64,000 nucleotides of DNA from a virus. The notes beneath the pieces are model-generated. The model saw only the letters and a program-made list of their open reading frames with translations. It made no database searches and had not been told where the DNA came from. Positions 1-10,618 of this stretch are shown here, in pieces. Made by a program: the position numbers and the translations under genes. The DNA is taken from the IMG/VR virus record IMGVR_UViG_3300005731_000127, positions 1 to 64,000 of that record, one strand, 5' to 3'. How positions within the stretch are numbered: the stretch's first letter is position 1; every line of letters starts with the position of its first letter.

Positions 1-264
1 AAAACTGATCGTCGTTATATATTCGATATCATCGCATTGCTTGAGCGTCAAATTTTCGATGTCGTCATTGATAACTTTTCTTTTATTGTTATCTTGTGCG
101 ATCCTTTTATCTCCGAGTATTTGCATTGCTCGATGCATTATGGTTCCAAGAACAGCTTTTTTATTTGTCTTCCCTTTAAAACCTAAAGTGTACTGAAAGA
201 AATATTGCATTTCGCACATACCTAAAGTCCCTATCGAGGAACTACGGAGATAACATACTATCAT
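1..264 (-). CDS. PD-(D/E)xK / Cas4-RecB-like exonuclease, N-terminal part (runs off window)
   Basis: Manual translation MIVCYLRSSSIGTLGMCEMQYFFQYTLGFKGKTNKKAVLGTIMHRAMQ matches the SxS..C...Y...GT.MH N-terminal motif. Confidence 0.7.
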   Translation of the reverse strand, partial: MIVCYLRSSSIGTLGMCEMQYFFQYTLGFKGKTNKKAVLGTIMHRAMQILGDKRIAQDNNKRKVINDDIENLTLKQCDDIEYITTISF

Positions 265-265
265 A

Positions 266-1135
266 TTATAATTCTACCTGTTTTTTGACCATGTTGCCAA
301 TCGGGTCAATGATTTTGTTTTCTATTAATCCGTTTATAAAAGCATCACATGACTCTTGAATCGTCATTTCTCTATTGTCGATAATAAGATCAAACTTTGT
401 ATATTTGTCGCATTCCGTTTCGGAGTTATGATTTTGGTTCAGCGGATTACGCAACAGACGAACCGTAAAAGCGTCTTTGTTTTTTAACGCTTCAACTTCG
501 TTAACAAAACGGCAATCGGTAATTATCGAGATTGGCGACTGCGATGCTTTAATTCTCTTTATACAATTGTTAATCCATACTGAATCATACATTTTTCGCA
601 TAATTTCCGTGCCAAAGAATTGCAATACTTCACGAATTGACATTTTTCCGGGGTTATGATATATAACACCTAACTCATTTTTAAGATAGTCTTTATAGTG
701 ATTAAGGGTAAATCCATTACTACCAACTCCGGCATTAATCATATCTTTTGCACATTGTTCTGGAGTTACTACTGACGGCATATCTTCCCACATAAGATTA
801 GTTATTTTATTCTTGTCATCATTTGTTCCGTATAAATCTTCTATGTTAATTTCAAATAAAACGGAAACAATTTCTTTTAAAGAATCGGCAAAGTTAAATT
901 TCTTAATAAATGGATATATTATATTCTGAGCGTAGTTTTCAAACTCTTCCGTTTTTTGATCAAGATTCAAAATACCCATCTCGTCATTACCAACATCAAC
1001 AACAAGATCGCCGGTTTTAGAAATAAAATACTTTTTGATAACATCGTTTCTAACAAGCTCATACCCATGCAAAAAATTACACATAGTATCCTTACCGGAT
1101 TGCGCTCTTCCTGATAATGCGATAATTTTATTCAT
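266..1135 (-). CDS. deoxynucleoside monophosphate kinase (T4 gp1-like)
   Basis: P-loop GRAQSGKDT, FADSLK, REVLQFFGTE, ITDCRFVNE. Confidence 0.9.
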   Translation of the reverse strand: MNKIIALSGRAQSGKDTMCNFLHGYELVRNDVIKKYFISKTGDLVVDVGNDEMGILNLDQKTEEFENYAQNIIYPFIKKFNFADSLKEIVSVLFEINIEDLYGTNDDKNKITNLMWEDMPSVVTPEQCAKDMINAGVGSNGFTLNHYKDYLKNELGVIYHNPGKMSIREVLQFFGTEIMRKMYDSVWINNCIKRIKASQSPISIITDCRFVNEVEALKNKDAFTVRLLRNPLNQNHNSETECDKYTKFDLIIDNREMTIQESCDAFINGLIENKIIDPIGNMVKKQVEL

Positions 1136-2162
1136 TTATTATTTCCTCTATCTCTTTTTTAATTGTTCTTTGTATTTCTTCTATGCTCATGTCTTCTATA
1201 TCGTTTTTAGTTGATCTAATATCATAGATATTTAGTTGCCCTTCAAACCTATCCCTAATATCCTCTCTACATCTCTCTCCCGCCTTATCATTGTCTGTAA
1301 TTATGATGATATTATCGACGCCCATCTTTTGAATTAAAAACTCTTGAGTATCACTCATTCTCGACCCAAATAAGCCGACAACATTTTTTATACCGGATTC
1401 CCATAATCTTAGAACGCCGCCTTGCCCCTCAACGACTATTACTGTTGATGACTCTGTTATTATATCTATCGCTCGACCGTGATTGTACAAATAATTCGTA
1501 ACATTAAAACCTTTTTGGTTTTTCCATCTAAATTCGTGGTCGGTTACTGTCCTGCCAACACAACCGACCATAAATGAATCAGACTCGTCATATACAGGAA
1601 ACACAACGCGATTAACCATTTCCGATCCAGCTATTGAGCACAAACCAACATCAAACTCGTTTATAGTCTCCTCTTTAAATCCTCTATCGATATACTCTTG
1701 TGCTGGAATTGATAAGTATTTTCTTATATGCTCTCTCGTATGAGACTTATTTATTTCTCTTGCTGTTCTTTTTACAATCTTCTGCGTCCTTCTTGGTTTT
1801 TTCTTGTTTTTACAGAATTTCTCTAAAAAAACAACAACATCCTTAAATGAACATTTCTCTTTAGTATTTTTTGACAGAAGAACTTGTATTAATGCCAAAA
1901 TATCTCTTCCACAAGACTCGTGACATTTTTTTGTGTTGCAAAACCATATTCCGTAAAAGTCGCTACTTTCATCAATATTGATATTAAAAGCTGAAAAATT
2001 GTCACCATCATGCACAGGGCATGTAGACACTAGTAATTGACCACTTTGATAAAAATTATGTATTTCAAAAAATTCAAATATATCAAAAATTCTCCCCATC
2101 GCCATCTTCTTCAAAAGGGCAATCTTCTTTGTCTGGGAATCCTTGCTGTACATTGTCCGCAT
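1128..2162 (-). CDS. dnaG: DNA primase (Zn finger + TOPRIM)
   Basis: CPVHDGDN zinc-binding motif, VVEG and DNDKAG TOPRIM motifs; true start may be slightly downstream. Confidence 0.88.
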   Translation of the reverse strand: MRTMYSKDSQTKKIALLKKMAMGRIFDIFEFFEIHNFYQSGQLLVSTCPVHDGDNFSAFNINIDESSDFYGIWFCNTKKCHESCGRDILALIQVLLSKNTKEKCSFKDVVVFLEKFCKNKKKPRRTQKIVKRTAREINKSHTREHIRKYLSIPAQEYIDRGFKEETINEFDVGLCSIAGSEMVNRVVFPVYDESDSFMVGCVGRTVTDHEFRWKNQKGFNVTNYLYNHGRAIDIITESSTVIVVEGQGGVLRLWESGIKNVVGLFGSRMSDTQEFLIQKMGVDNIIIITDNDKAGERCREDIRDRFEGQLNIYDIRSTKNDIEDMSIEEIQRTIKKEIEEIINE

Positions 2163-3549
2163 TATTTTTTATACTCCTGATTGTACCGATTTCTTTAATT
2201 TTCGCTAATGATCCATGAGATTCAAGACATATATATCCTTCGTCTTCAATGCCCGGACCATGACGGGCGACAATAGGTATTAATTTCTTGTTACCGTTTC
2301 TATGACCGTCCGTATTGATTTCTTCTTGAGTCTTGTCTTTGAATATCGTAAAACTTGTACAAAGCCATACAAGTCTATCAGAGCCAGAAACAACATCTGT
2401 AGACTCTTTGGTAATTCCGTCTCGATTAAGCTGAACAAACGCCACACAAGGACAATCATTCTCGACGCAAAAATTATGCAAAGCGGTAATTTGAAAACCT
2501 AGAACTTGGAATTCAGCAAGATTGTTATTAATATTTGCGGCACTCATTAACTTCAAATAATCAAACACGATCAAACAATCATTAAGAACACCATTTTCAT
2601 CATACCCTACTTCTTTGAGTAGCCATCTTCTAGCTGTAGAGAGTATCTCGTCAAATTGTTTACCGGCGATACTGATATAAGAATACGGGATTTCCTCTAA
2701 CAAGTTTGCCGCCTGTCTCACTCTATCAATATGGTCTGGGTTGTTTTGAAAATTACCATTTGATATATCATTTATTTCTATTCCACTAATATTAGCTAAT
2801 AATCTATTGTGATGATCGACCTTGCTCATTTCGGTATCCAACATTAGAACCGGTATATTTAATTCAGAACTAATATTTAGGGCAAAATTATCAGCTAGAA
2901 TACTTTTCCCGGTTTTGGGTCGAGCAGCTATGAGGTCAACGCATTTTCTTCTGAATCCACCACCAATAGCTTTATCGTATTCGTTGTAACCGCTAGGAAT
3001 ACCAACAGCGGTAGGTTTATTTGACAGTAGATGCTCAATATATTCTTGAATGTCTGAACCAATTAACTGAGGAGTTGTTTCGTCCTCTTTCATATAAGAC
3101 AAAGAAATCTTCTGAATTGGTTCTTCAGCAATAGACAATATTTGACTTAAATTTTCTTCGCCAGAGACTTTTTCTACATTGTCGTATATCGTTTTACATT
3201 CGGACTGAATTTTTCTAGCAAACTCTAGTCGGCAGATTTTTTTAGCGTGCTCTCTAACCGAATCAATACTAACAGACAAATTAAGTAACTGATTCATTTT
3301 TTCTGTTGTTGATTCTTTTACCATAAAGTCATTGAGAGAAAGACTTTGGGCGGAAGACATAATCATAGAGTAATCTACTTTTGCCCTCTCGGATTTTAGA
3401 ACATCCTGCAAACACCTAAAAATAACCCGATTATCATTATTAGTAAATGTCTCCTCTTTAACCAAGCTCTCAATATCTAAATAAGCGTCTGTACCATGCT
3501 CTATTAACCCTATTAAAACAGCATCCTCTGAAGCTAAATTTTTTATCAT
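2083..3549 (-). CDS. dnaB: replicative DNA helicase
   Basis: Walker A ARPKTGKS, DTEM, VFDYLKLM, QLNR, ARHG. Confidence 0.93.
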   Translation of the reverse strand: MIKNLASEDAVLIGLIEHGTDAYLDIESLVKEETFTNNDNRVIFRCLQDVLKSERAKVDYSMIMSSAQSLSLNDFMVKESTTEKMNQLLNLSVSIDSVREHAKKICRLEFARKIQSECKTIYDNVEKVSGEENLSQILSIAEEPIQKISLSYMKEDETTPQLIGSDIQEYIEHLLSNKPTAVGIPSGYNEYDKAIGGGFRRKCVDLIAARPKTGKSILADNFALNISSELNIPVLMLDTEMSKVDHHNRLLANISGIEINDISNGNFQNNPDHIDRVRQAANLLEEIPYSYISIAGKQFDEILSTARRWLLKEVGYDENGVLNDCLIVFDYLKLMSAANINNNLAEFQVLGFQITALHNFCVENDCPCVAFVQLNRDGITKESTDVVSGSDRLVWLCTSFTIFKDKTQEEINTDGHRNGNKKLIPIVARHGPGIEDEGYICLESHGSLAKIKEIGTIRSIKNNADNVQQGFPDKEDCPFEEDGDGENF

Positions 3550-4010
3550 TAAGACACTTCCTTGTAAGCACATCTTTCACATTTGTAAGCATCGCCATCT
3601 TTGATATATCTTAGATAGACCTTATGAGTTTTTTGACACACAGAACAAGTCATCATTTTTGACGGAGATTTCATTCTTTTGCTACGAATTATATAATTAT
3701 CATCAATAGAGTCATAGCCATCTTCTTTATCAACTTTTATTTTTTTAGAATCCTTAAATTTATTTCCGGTAAATTTAACTTGATTTTTGCCTCTTGGGGT
3801 TTTTATTACACCATCATAATCCCGAGGAGTTTCAACGACAACTTCCGGCTTTTTCTTTGGTCTTCCTCTCTTTCTTTTTACTGGTTTTTCTTCAATAACC
3901 TCTTCGTCCTCTCCAAGCATTTCATTGATTAACCTAACAGCTTCTTGTTTATCGTCAATCTTTATCGCGGTTTTGATTTTTCGTAATGCTTTTAATATAT
4001 CACCTAACAT
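3549..4010 (-). CDS. hypothetical protein with AT-hook and C-terminal Zn ribbon
   Basis: KRKRGRPKK; CSVC...CERC. Confidence 0.6.
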   Translation of the reverse strand: MLGDILKALRKIKTAIKIDDKQEAVRLINEMLGEDEEVIEEKPVKRKRGRPKKKPEVVVETPRDYDGVIKTPRGKNQVKFTGNKFKDSKKIKVDKEDGYDSIDDNYIIRSKRMKSPSKMMTCSVCQKTHKVYLRYIKDGDAYKCERCAYKEVS

Positions 4011-4491
4011 TATAACTCCTACTTTTACCTAAATCTTGAAGTAAAGACACCCGTTTTTTAATATCTTTACATGAATTTTCCAATAAATTTATTCCAGTTT
4101 TCATCTTATGATACGCCTCATCAAGCAATTGCCCATATGAGTTATCAGATAATATTGATTGTTTTCTAACATCGGAAGTTAAAAACTTATCATAATTATT
4201 CCATTGCTCTCTATACAAGCAATTCATTAGCCTGTTGCACCACTCAAATTCGCTCTTAATTGAATCTAACCGGCTTTGTAGTAATGACGCATAATTCATT
4301 AATATTAAAGCGTTCGCGTAACACTCTTCTGAGGTTAATGACATTAATTCATTATATTCCATAACCAAAATATCATCAGCTTCATCATTAAACTTATAAA
4401 AAGGAACATGATGTTCTTTTAAGAAACCATCTATCCATAGACGAAATTCGGCTATTGGATCGGTCTCGCATTCTGTAGTATCTTCTTCCAT
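4000..4491 (-). CDS. UvsY-like recombination mediator (putative)
   Basis: Helical 163 aa protein next to RecA; size and context only. Confidence 0.4.
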   Translation of the reverse strand: MEEDTTECETDPIAEFRLWIDGFLKEHHVPFYKFNDEADDILVMEYNELMSLTSEECYANALILMNYASLLQSRLDSIKSEFEWCNRLMNCLYREQWNNYDKFLTSDVRKQSILSDNSYGQLLDEAYHKMKTGINLLENSCKDIKKRVSLLQDLGKSRSYNVR

Positions 4492-4883
4492 TCTTTTTTC
4501 CTGTTATATGGTAACTCAACAACATCTATATTATTCAACTCGCACCATTCTATTTTATCTTTGTCTCTTTTTCTACACTTAAAGTAGTGCATCTTAGATT
4601 TATGGAAAAATGGCGTATATTCATAATGCTGTTTTCCATGAACTTCAATAACAAGTGCTAATCTTGGTAAATAAAAATCAGTAAACAATAATGACTCATT
4701 AACGCTTTTTCTTGATCCGGGTAAAGTCACTTCTTCATATACTGAATACTGAGAAAACAATTCTTTTATAATCACCTTTGCCTCTTTGTGCAAGGATGAT
4801 TTGTTCGTATTATTTCTTCTGCTTTCGTTTTTAATGTAATTAAATAGGTGTTCTTTACCGTCAAAACCCGTTGCTCTAGACAA
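4452..4883 (-). CDS. DUF559/Vsr-like endonuclease
   Basis: DFYLP..VIEVHGKQHY..RDKDK..WC..VVELPY pattern. Confidence 0.75.
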   Translation of the reverse strand: MSRATGFDGKEHLFNYIKNESRRNNTNKSSLHKEAKVIIKELFSQYSVYEEVTLPGSRKSVNESLLFTDFYLPRLALVIEVHGKQHYEYTPFFHKSKMHYFKCRKRDKDKIEWCELNNIDVVELPYNRKKEWKKILQNARPIQ

Positions 4884-5907
4884 AAATTTCCCTTATCTTT
4901 GTTTTCATTATATCATAAATATCCTGATTATTATTAATCAGCTTGTATAATTTTTCCTGCCCTTGAACTTTAGGCGGAGTAGTGTAGTCTAATTCGTTTT
5001 CTAAGAATGTCGCTGTATACCAAGACCCGCCTTTGTCTATCAGGCCGATTAATTCAGCCAATTCTATCATTTCCTGAACTTTATCAAGACCGACTCCATA
5101 TCTCAAGTAGCTAGTTACCTCGTTACCAGAAGCCCCCATAGACGAACATCCTACAGTCCATATTATTTTTTGTCCAATCTTTTTTCCGCCTTCTTCCCAG
5201 TCTTCATTTTTTAATATATCTAGTCTTGTGTCGGCTTGATATTGAATTTGAACACCGCAATCCGGGAGTTTGAATTTTCCATAACCACTTGTATTTGTGA
5301 TGTAATGAGTTATTACTAAAATTATCAACTTGTTTTGAGTTACAGTATGAGCGTTCTTTTTTACCCAATGAGTTAATAGTTTGGGTAAAGTAGCTCTAAG
5401 GCTAGATGACGGTGGTGACTCTAAATCCGCTCTAGTCACTAAAGACGAACAGGAATCAATAACGACAACAGCACCCTTGTTCTTAGGCATTTTCATCATA
5501 GCTTCTGTCGCCTCCAAAAAGTCTTCGGCACACAAAGCGTCACCGTCCTCTTCGCCATGAATGACCTGAAATTTATCTAGATCAAGCCCTGTTACACCAA
5601 CTAAGTTATAATCCTTTAATCTACTTTCGGCATCAAGATAAACAACATTTCTTCCTTCTTCTTGTGCGTTCTTGCATATCTGAAGACAAGTTGAACTTTT
5701 CCCCGTCTTAGGGTTTCCGCTAATCACTGTCCAGCTACCCTCACGAATTCCTCCGTTTAGCCCTAAATCCATATTAGGACTTACGCTTAGAACTTTATAA
5801 TCCTTCATCTTTTTTCTAAGTTCTGTTCCGGTTGAAATTATTTTCCCAAAATGTTTTTTTATAGCAGCTTCCGTACTTAAGTCTGTTTTCTTTTTATCTT
5901 TCGCCAT
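4876..5907 (-). CDS. recA: RecA/UvsX recombinase
   Basis: GNPKTGKSS Walker A, YLDAE, VVIDS, KGGSWY C-terminal motif. Confidence 0.92.
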   Translation of the reverse strand: MAKDKKKTDLSTEAAIKKHFGKIISTGTELRKKMKDYKVLSVSPNMDLGLNGGIREGSWTVISGNPKTGKSSTCLQICKNAQEEGRNVVYLDAESRLKDYNLVGVTGLDLDKFQVIHGEEDGDALCAEDFLEATEAMMKMPKNKGAVVVIDSCSSLVTRADLESPPSSSLRATLPKLLTHWVKKNAHTVTQNKLIILVITHYITNTSGYGKFKLPDCGVQIQYQADTRLDILKNEDWEEGGKKIGQKIIWTVGCSSMGASGNEVTSYLRYGVGLDKVQEMIELAELIGLIDKGGSWYTATFLENELDYTTPPKVQGQEKLYKLINNNQDIYDIMKTKIREIFV

Positions 5908-6375
5908 CTACAATTCTCCAAACATATTTTTTTTCTTACTTAATGGTTTTCGTGGTTTCTCCATAATCTTTTCTTCTTTTATTAGCTCTTTTTCTTTATG
6001 ATTAGCTTCATACTCTTTTATTAATGGGATTAATTTTGCGTTTTGTAGCTTTAAGATAAAATTAGCCCTGCTGTCTTGCAGGGCTTTAATTATTGACGAA
6101 TCCCTATATGTTTTTAACAATCTATTAGCCGCAATCACTTGACCTTTAAATTGTCCAGTATATTTCTTATCATTCCAAAAATTCTCAGGAAGTTTCCCCG
6201 AATTAAAAGCTATACTACGTTTTTGAAAAATCAATTCAGAGATATACGCTCCTTTAGTGATATACCCTTCTTTATAAATTGATTTATATGGTCTCTTATC
6301 GCTTCTTGATGTAGTGGATGCTTTTTGCGGGTCCGTTTGATTGTTCTTTTTGGGATCTTTTTTTGGCAACGTCAT
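5908..6375 (-). CDS. hypothetical protein
   Basis: ORF packed in operon. Confidence 0.6.
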   Translation of the reverse strand: MTLPKKDPKKNNQTDPQKASTTSRSDKRPYKSIYKEGYITKGAYISELIFQKRSIAFNSGKLPENFWNDKKYTGQFKGQVIAANRLLKTYRDSSIIKALQDSRANFILKLQNAKLIPLIKEYEANHKEKELIKEEKIMEKPRKPLSKKKNMFGEL

Positions 6376-6640
6376 CTCCTAATTGAGCGGCTTCTTTTGT
6401 CATAATAACAACGCCATAATCTTTGTTTTTGACCATCAAATTATCCGCCGTGATCTCGCTTTTTTGCTCTTCGATTTTTTGATAGTTATTAAATACAGCT
6501 TCAATATCAGTAGATTCGCGTTCAAGATCAGAGGCTACAACATCAACGCCTTTACTGATATTATGCTGAATATAAAATTCTTCAGCTTTAGTAATTGGTG
6601 CTGGTTTTTTTGCTCTCGATGTAGTTTTCTTTTCAGACAT
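6296..6640 (-). CDS. hypothetical protein
   Basis: ORF packed in operon. Confidence 0.6.
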   Translation of the reverse strand: MSEKKTTSRAKKPAPITKAEEFYIQHNISKGVDVVASDLERESTDIEAVFNNYQKIEEQKSEITADNLMVKNKDYGVVIMTKEAAQLGDDVAKKRSQKEQSNGPAKSIHYIKKR

Positions 6641-6884
6641 CTATAGTTCTCCTAGAGTTGTTAAGATAGTGTTCTTTTTTAGTTTGTAAATATTGCAAAT
6701 AGTAATTGAATGATTTCTTAGAAACCAGTCTTAGTTTGTATGTCGTGTCTTTTTTATTGTATTTTTCTAAATTTATAGGATCAATACCATCACATAGAAC
6801 GTAATAGTTTATACCTATTTTTTTAGCGAACAACAAATCTCCTTCGTCACATTCTTCACCTTTTATATTATATAATTCCTTCAT
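6633..6884 (-). CDS. hypothetical protein
   Basis: ORF packed in operon. Confidence 0.6.
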   Translation of the reverse strand: MKELYNIKGEECDEGDLLFAKKIGINYYVLCDGIDPINLEKYNKKDTTYKLRLVSKKSFNYYLQYLQTKKEHYLNNSRRTIDV

Positions 6885-7209
6885 TTATAAATTTCTCTCG
6901 TTTAGATTCATCGGATTTGCCTATTTTTTTGTAAAGTTCTTTTTGGGCTTTACTCATTGCCTCTTTCTTGCCTTCTTTGTCTTTTAGGTCTCGCTCCTGA
7001 ACTTCATTTTTACCCATTCTTTTTGCGTTTCGTTCAGCTAGTTGACCAACAGTAACAGCGTCTTGTCTAACAAAAGATGCTGGCGCCGATAAGAATATTT
7101 TCTCTAATTTATTTTCTCCGCATTTTGGGCATTTTCTTTTAGTTGTTTTTATTCCATGATCTATTTCATGGATGCTATTACAAGAGGAGCACTGGTAATC
7201 ATATCTCAT
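6868..7209 (-). CDS. FmdB-family zinc ribbon protein
   Basis: YDYQCSSC...CPKCG..LEKI. Confidence 0.8.
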   Translation of the reverse strand: MRYDYQCSSCNSIHEIDHGIKTTKRKCPKCGENKLEKIFLSAPASFVRQDAVTVGQLAERNAKRMGKNEVQERDLKDKEGKKEAMSKAQKELYKKIGKSDESKREKFINEGII

Positions 7210-7215
7210 AAGCCT

Positions 7216-7890
7216 TTAACCCCTTTCATCTTCTACAGCCTCTAAAAAACTAGCGAGTATTCCATTTCTTTGAATGTCGCTCTTGCCAAATTCTGTTAAA
7301 CTTATTCCGGGAACATCACAAGTTTTTTCTATAACTGATGAGAATCCGCTATTTCTAATATCATACTGTCTAATATCACCATTGATGATAACTTTTGAGT
7401 TCATGCCCATTCTTGTTACTAACATGATGATTTGTTCTTCTGTGCAGTTTTGAGCTTCATCCAATAGGATTATAGATTCATCATAGGTTTCGCCACGCAT
7501 TAATTCAAGAGCCTCAAACACTATTTGTTCGGAATTTAAATATTTACCATACAGCGCGTTTCCTAGAAAAAATCTTAAATTTTTCTTCATAGGTTTTAAG
7601 TATGGGTCAATCTTATCTCCTAGCTCTCCCGGTAAAGCCCCTATACGCTCTCCTGCTGAGACCAATGGTCGTGCGATTATTATGTTACTAATATCACCTC
7701 GATGCAGCATACTGCAAGCTATGCCCGCCGCTATGTACGATTTTCCCGATCCGGCAGGACCGGTACAGTATATAATTTGATTTTCTACAATCGCCCTAAT
7801 ATAGTCTTTTTGGTTTTGTGTTTTTCCTGTTAATGGCTTTACGCTTAAGTTTTCTTGAGTTACTTGTTGTCTTTTTCTTCGTTTAGTCAT
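7216..7890 (-). CDS. phoH: PhoH-family ATPase
   Basis: GPAGSGKS, GALPG, MRGET, LDEAQN, TRMG, GDIRQYD. Confidence 0.93.
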   Translation of the reverse strand: MTKRRKRQQVTQENLSVKPLTGKTQNQKDYIRAIVENQIIYCTGPAGSGKSYIAAGIACSMLHRGDISNIIIARPLVSAGERIGALPGELGDKIDPYLKPMKKNLRFFLGNALYGKYLNSEQIVFEALELMRGETYDESIILLDEAQNCTEEQIIMLVTRMGMNSKVIINGDIRQYDIRNSGFSSVIEKTCDVPGISLTEFGKSDIQRNGILASFLEAVEDERG

Positions 7891-8309
7891 TTACCCGAAC
7901 TCCCAAAACCATTTGCCCCTCTTTCGCTTTTAGAAAGAGTTTTAACTTTTTTTATTTCAACTTCCGGTATTGGAAGTATTACCATTTGTGCTATTTTGTC
8001 ACCTTTTGCTCCACTAAAAACTTCAAACCCTGTATTATGAATGATAACTCCAACTTCTCCAGTGTATCCGTAATCAATCACTCCGCCAAGAATATCGATT
8101 CCATGCTTGTTTGAAAGACCGCTTCTTGATTTTATGATTCCAACATGATTGATAGGAATCCCCATAGCTATATCTGTGTGAACTAATTTTCTTTCATCAA
8201 CACCGACAGAAAAATCTTCAGAAGAATAAATATCCAAACCCGCATCTGTTGTAAAATTTTTGGTTGGTAGTTTTCCTTTTTTACTTAATAGTTGAACTTC
8301 TATTTGCAT
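7887..8309 (-). CDS. dut: dUTPase
   Basis: AGLDI, RSGL, GVIDYGYTGE, RGANGFGSSG. Confidence 0.95.
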   Translation of the reverse strand: MQIEVQLLSKKGKLPTKNFTTDAGLDIYSSEDFSVGVDERKLVHTDIAMGIPINHVGIIKSRSGLSNKHGIDILGGVIDYGYTGEVGVIIHNTGFEVFSGAKGDKIAQMVILPIPEVEIKKVKTLSKSERGANGFGSSGK

Positions 8310-8310
8310 A

Positions 8311-10581
8311 TTAAATCCTTGTTATTTCGCATTGACCGCCAGAACAACTCATTGCACTATATTCTGAAACATCTTTATAAGTAGGCTTTTCTAAAATTGA
8401 TTCAAAATCCACTTCTTTGATTTGCCTTAAAATTGTATTCCATTTATGACAAAGATGAACGTCCTTCAAGCAGTATATTAAATTAGTCATATCGTTTTTA
8501 AAATAATTTTTAGAAAAAGTTTTTGCTCTCTTTATCCAGTATTTTTTTAGAAGCACTTGTTCTTTTGTTCCGTGTAGTTGAACTTCTTTCTTGGACAGGG
8601 CGTCACACGCAGCCCAAAGATTATTATCAAAATAATGTAGAGCGTCAACGATCAACCCGGAAACAAATAATGATCCGTCTCCATACTTTTCATGAATTTT
8701 ATCAACGGATAGCACCGACGTAAAAGGAGCTTGATTAAAATCCTTATCTCCATAATCAGATAGAAAACTAACCGCAGTAAAGTCACTTCTATTCTCCCAT
8801 ATGTAATCTATTATATCCTTCTTATTGTCTATAATGACAGTGCATGAGCAATTGTGAGTAGTTTTTTCGCAAATACCTAGTTCCGGTCTAGTTCCGGGAA
8901 CAACCCAATTCTGCTGAACCATTTTAATAATTTCTAAATGCTTAACACCTTTCATGTCCTTTTTAAACAATCCGTTTTTATCATTGACTATAGGGACGAA
9001 CACAACGTAATCGGAATTACTTGCACTCCATACACTCTCTTCGAGTAAAAATGGCATGTTTTCTGCAACCCATATAGCTACATCAGAATCTTTGTTTAGC
9101 TGCATGACCCTAAAAAACATTTCAGAGTGATCGGGATGAATTCCAGAAGCGGTTCCTAAAACGACACTTGCATTTCCTGATGGCTTGACGCAAGTCGCTC
9201 TAGCTGCGGCGTTTATGCCAATTATCTCTGCTATTTTTTTATTTGTTTCTTTTACTAAATCAGCACCTTCACGTAACCATTCTTCATTAAATAATTTTGG
9301 ATTATTCATCCATCCCGTAATACTTACGCCAAGCAATGCCTCTCTGCGTACTAGGTTCTCTGTGCGTTCTCCTAAGTATGGAAAGTCAGTATAGCCAGCC
9401 TGAAGTGTTCCAACAACAGCAGCATCCTCACAGGCTCTAAGAAATGACGCTTTTGTTTTGCATTTCTCTGCATTAATCTCATTAAGATTACACATTTGAA
9501 CGCCGAATAAATCAATATTGTTTTTTGACCACTCTTCGATTTGATCATATTCTATTTTAGATAAATCATCATGAGTATCTACTGGCGTAAATGAAATTTC
9601 AAAACACGGATTTAATACATCAAAATAAGTATTACCAAAAACAAAGCCAATATCACTATCGCCTTCATTTAATTCAACTATTTTCTTAAAATACTCTTTG
9701 TCATTATCGCTTCTTTGTATCAATACGGAATTATTTGATCTAGCTCTTTGTGGGTTATGTTCTCTCCAATCGCCCATCTTTGCATTAATCATTTCTTCAT
9801 CATTAGAATCAACTATCATAGATAACGCTGAACGCCTGACGCCACCACTAAGAACAGCATCAGAAGCATGACAGATAATATCATACGCAAGAATTGGACG
9901 AACCGTATCGCCTTCTTCGTAAATCCATCTTTCTATAAGCTTCTCTATTCTTTCTAGAGATTGCTGAAGACCATCCGGTCCCGGAGCCTTAAAACCACCA
10001 GAAATTTTTGCCCCTTTTTCTCTTATTAGTGAGTAGTCGAATTTGATTTCATATCCAGAATATTCCGGAAACGGTTGATTTTGATCAAAATAAGACGATA
10101 ATAACACGCCAAGTGAATCAGCCCATCCTTCTATGGTATCTGGAACTACAAAGGTTTTAGTTCCTTTGTCGCGTGTTTTTATTTTTGGTAGAAGCGAGAC
10201 GAATGGTTTTAATAGAGATATACCAACACCACAGCCAGAAAGACCGAGGTAGAGTATTTTTTGAAAAAATTCAGGCTGCGTAAGATGCAAAACTGTACAA
10301 TTGTACATGCGAGAATTATGTGCCATTATTTGTTCATGTCTGAACTGTAAATTACGTTGAGAGGCTAGAACCGTTTGCGTTTGTAAAGAATTTAACGCAC
10401 TCTCAAAAGAATCTTGTAATTTTTTATTGTTATTGTATTTTTTTCTGTGACCATTGATTATGTCCTCACAAGCCTCTTCCCAATTTTCATAACGTTCTTT
10501 TTTTTCATTCCATTTAAAGTAATCAGAATATAATTTTAAATTAGATAGAAACTTTTTACCCAGCAATTGATTTTTATTCAT
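8311..10581 (-). CDS. nrdJ: ribonucleotide reductase, RTPR/class II-like
   Basis: GGVRRSA, NPCFEI, CNLNEIN, TCVKPSGN, C-terminal CSGGQC; no beta-subunit gene adjacent, so class is inferred. Confidence 0.8.
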   Translation of the reverse strand: MNKNQLLGKKFLSNLKLYSDYFKWNEKKERYENWEEACEDIINGHRKKYNNNKKLQDSFESALNSLQTQTVLASQRNLQFRHEQIMAHNSRMYNCTVLHLTQPEFFQKILYLGLSGCGVGISLLKPFVSLLPKIKTRDKGTKTFVVPDTIEGWADSLGVLLSSYFDQNQPFPEYSGYEIKFDYSLIREKGAKISGGFKAPGPDGLQQSLERIEKLIERWIYEEGDTVRPILAYDIICHASDAVLSGGVRRSALSMIVDSNDEEMINAKMGDWREHNPQRARSNNSVLIQRSDNDKEYFKKIVELNEGDSDIGFVFGNTYFDVLNPCFEISFTPVDTHDDLSKIEYDQIEEWSKNNIDLFGVQMCNLNEINAEKCKTKASFLRACEDAAVVGTLQAGYTDFPYLGERTENLVRREALLGVSITGWMNNPKLFNEEWLREGADLVKETNKKIAEIIGINAAARATCVKPSGNASVVLGTASGIHPDHSEMFFRVMQLNKDSDVAIWVAENMPFLLEESVWSASNSDYVVFVPIVNDKNGLFKKDMKGVKHLEIIKMVQQNWVVPGTRPELGICEKTTHNCSCTVIIDNKKDIIDYIWENRSDFTAVSFLSDYGDKDFNQAPFTSVLSVDKIHEKYGDGSLFVSGLIVDALHYFDNNLWAACDALSKKEVQLHGTKEQVLLKKYWIKRAKTFSKNYFKNDMTNLIYCLKDVHLCHKWNTILRQIKEVDFESILEKPTYKDVSEYSAMSCSGGQCEITRI

Positions 10582-10618
10582 GTTTTCCTTTTCGTTTTAC
10601 ATTAATGAGACATGAGTA

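Noticed and set aside
2083-10581. Inteins in DnaB, RecA or RNR
   Set aside because: Protein lengths are normal and no C...HN splice motifs were seen.
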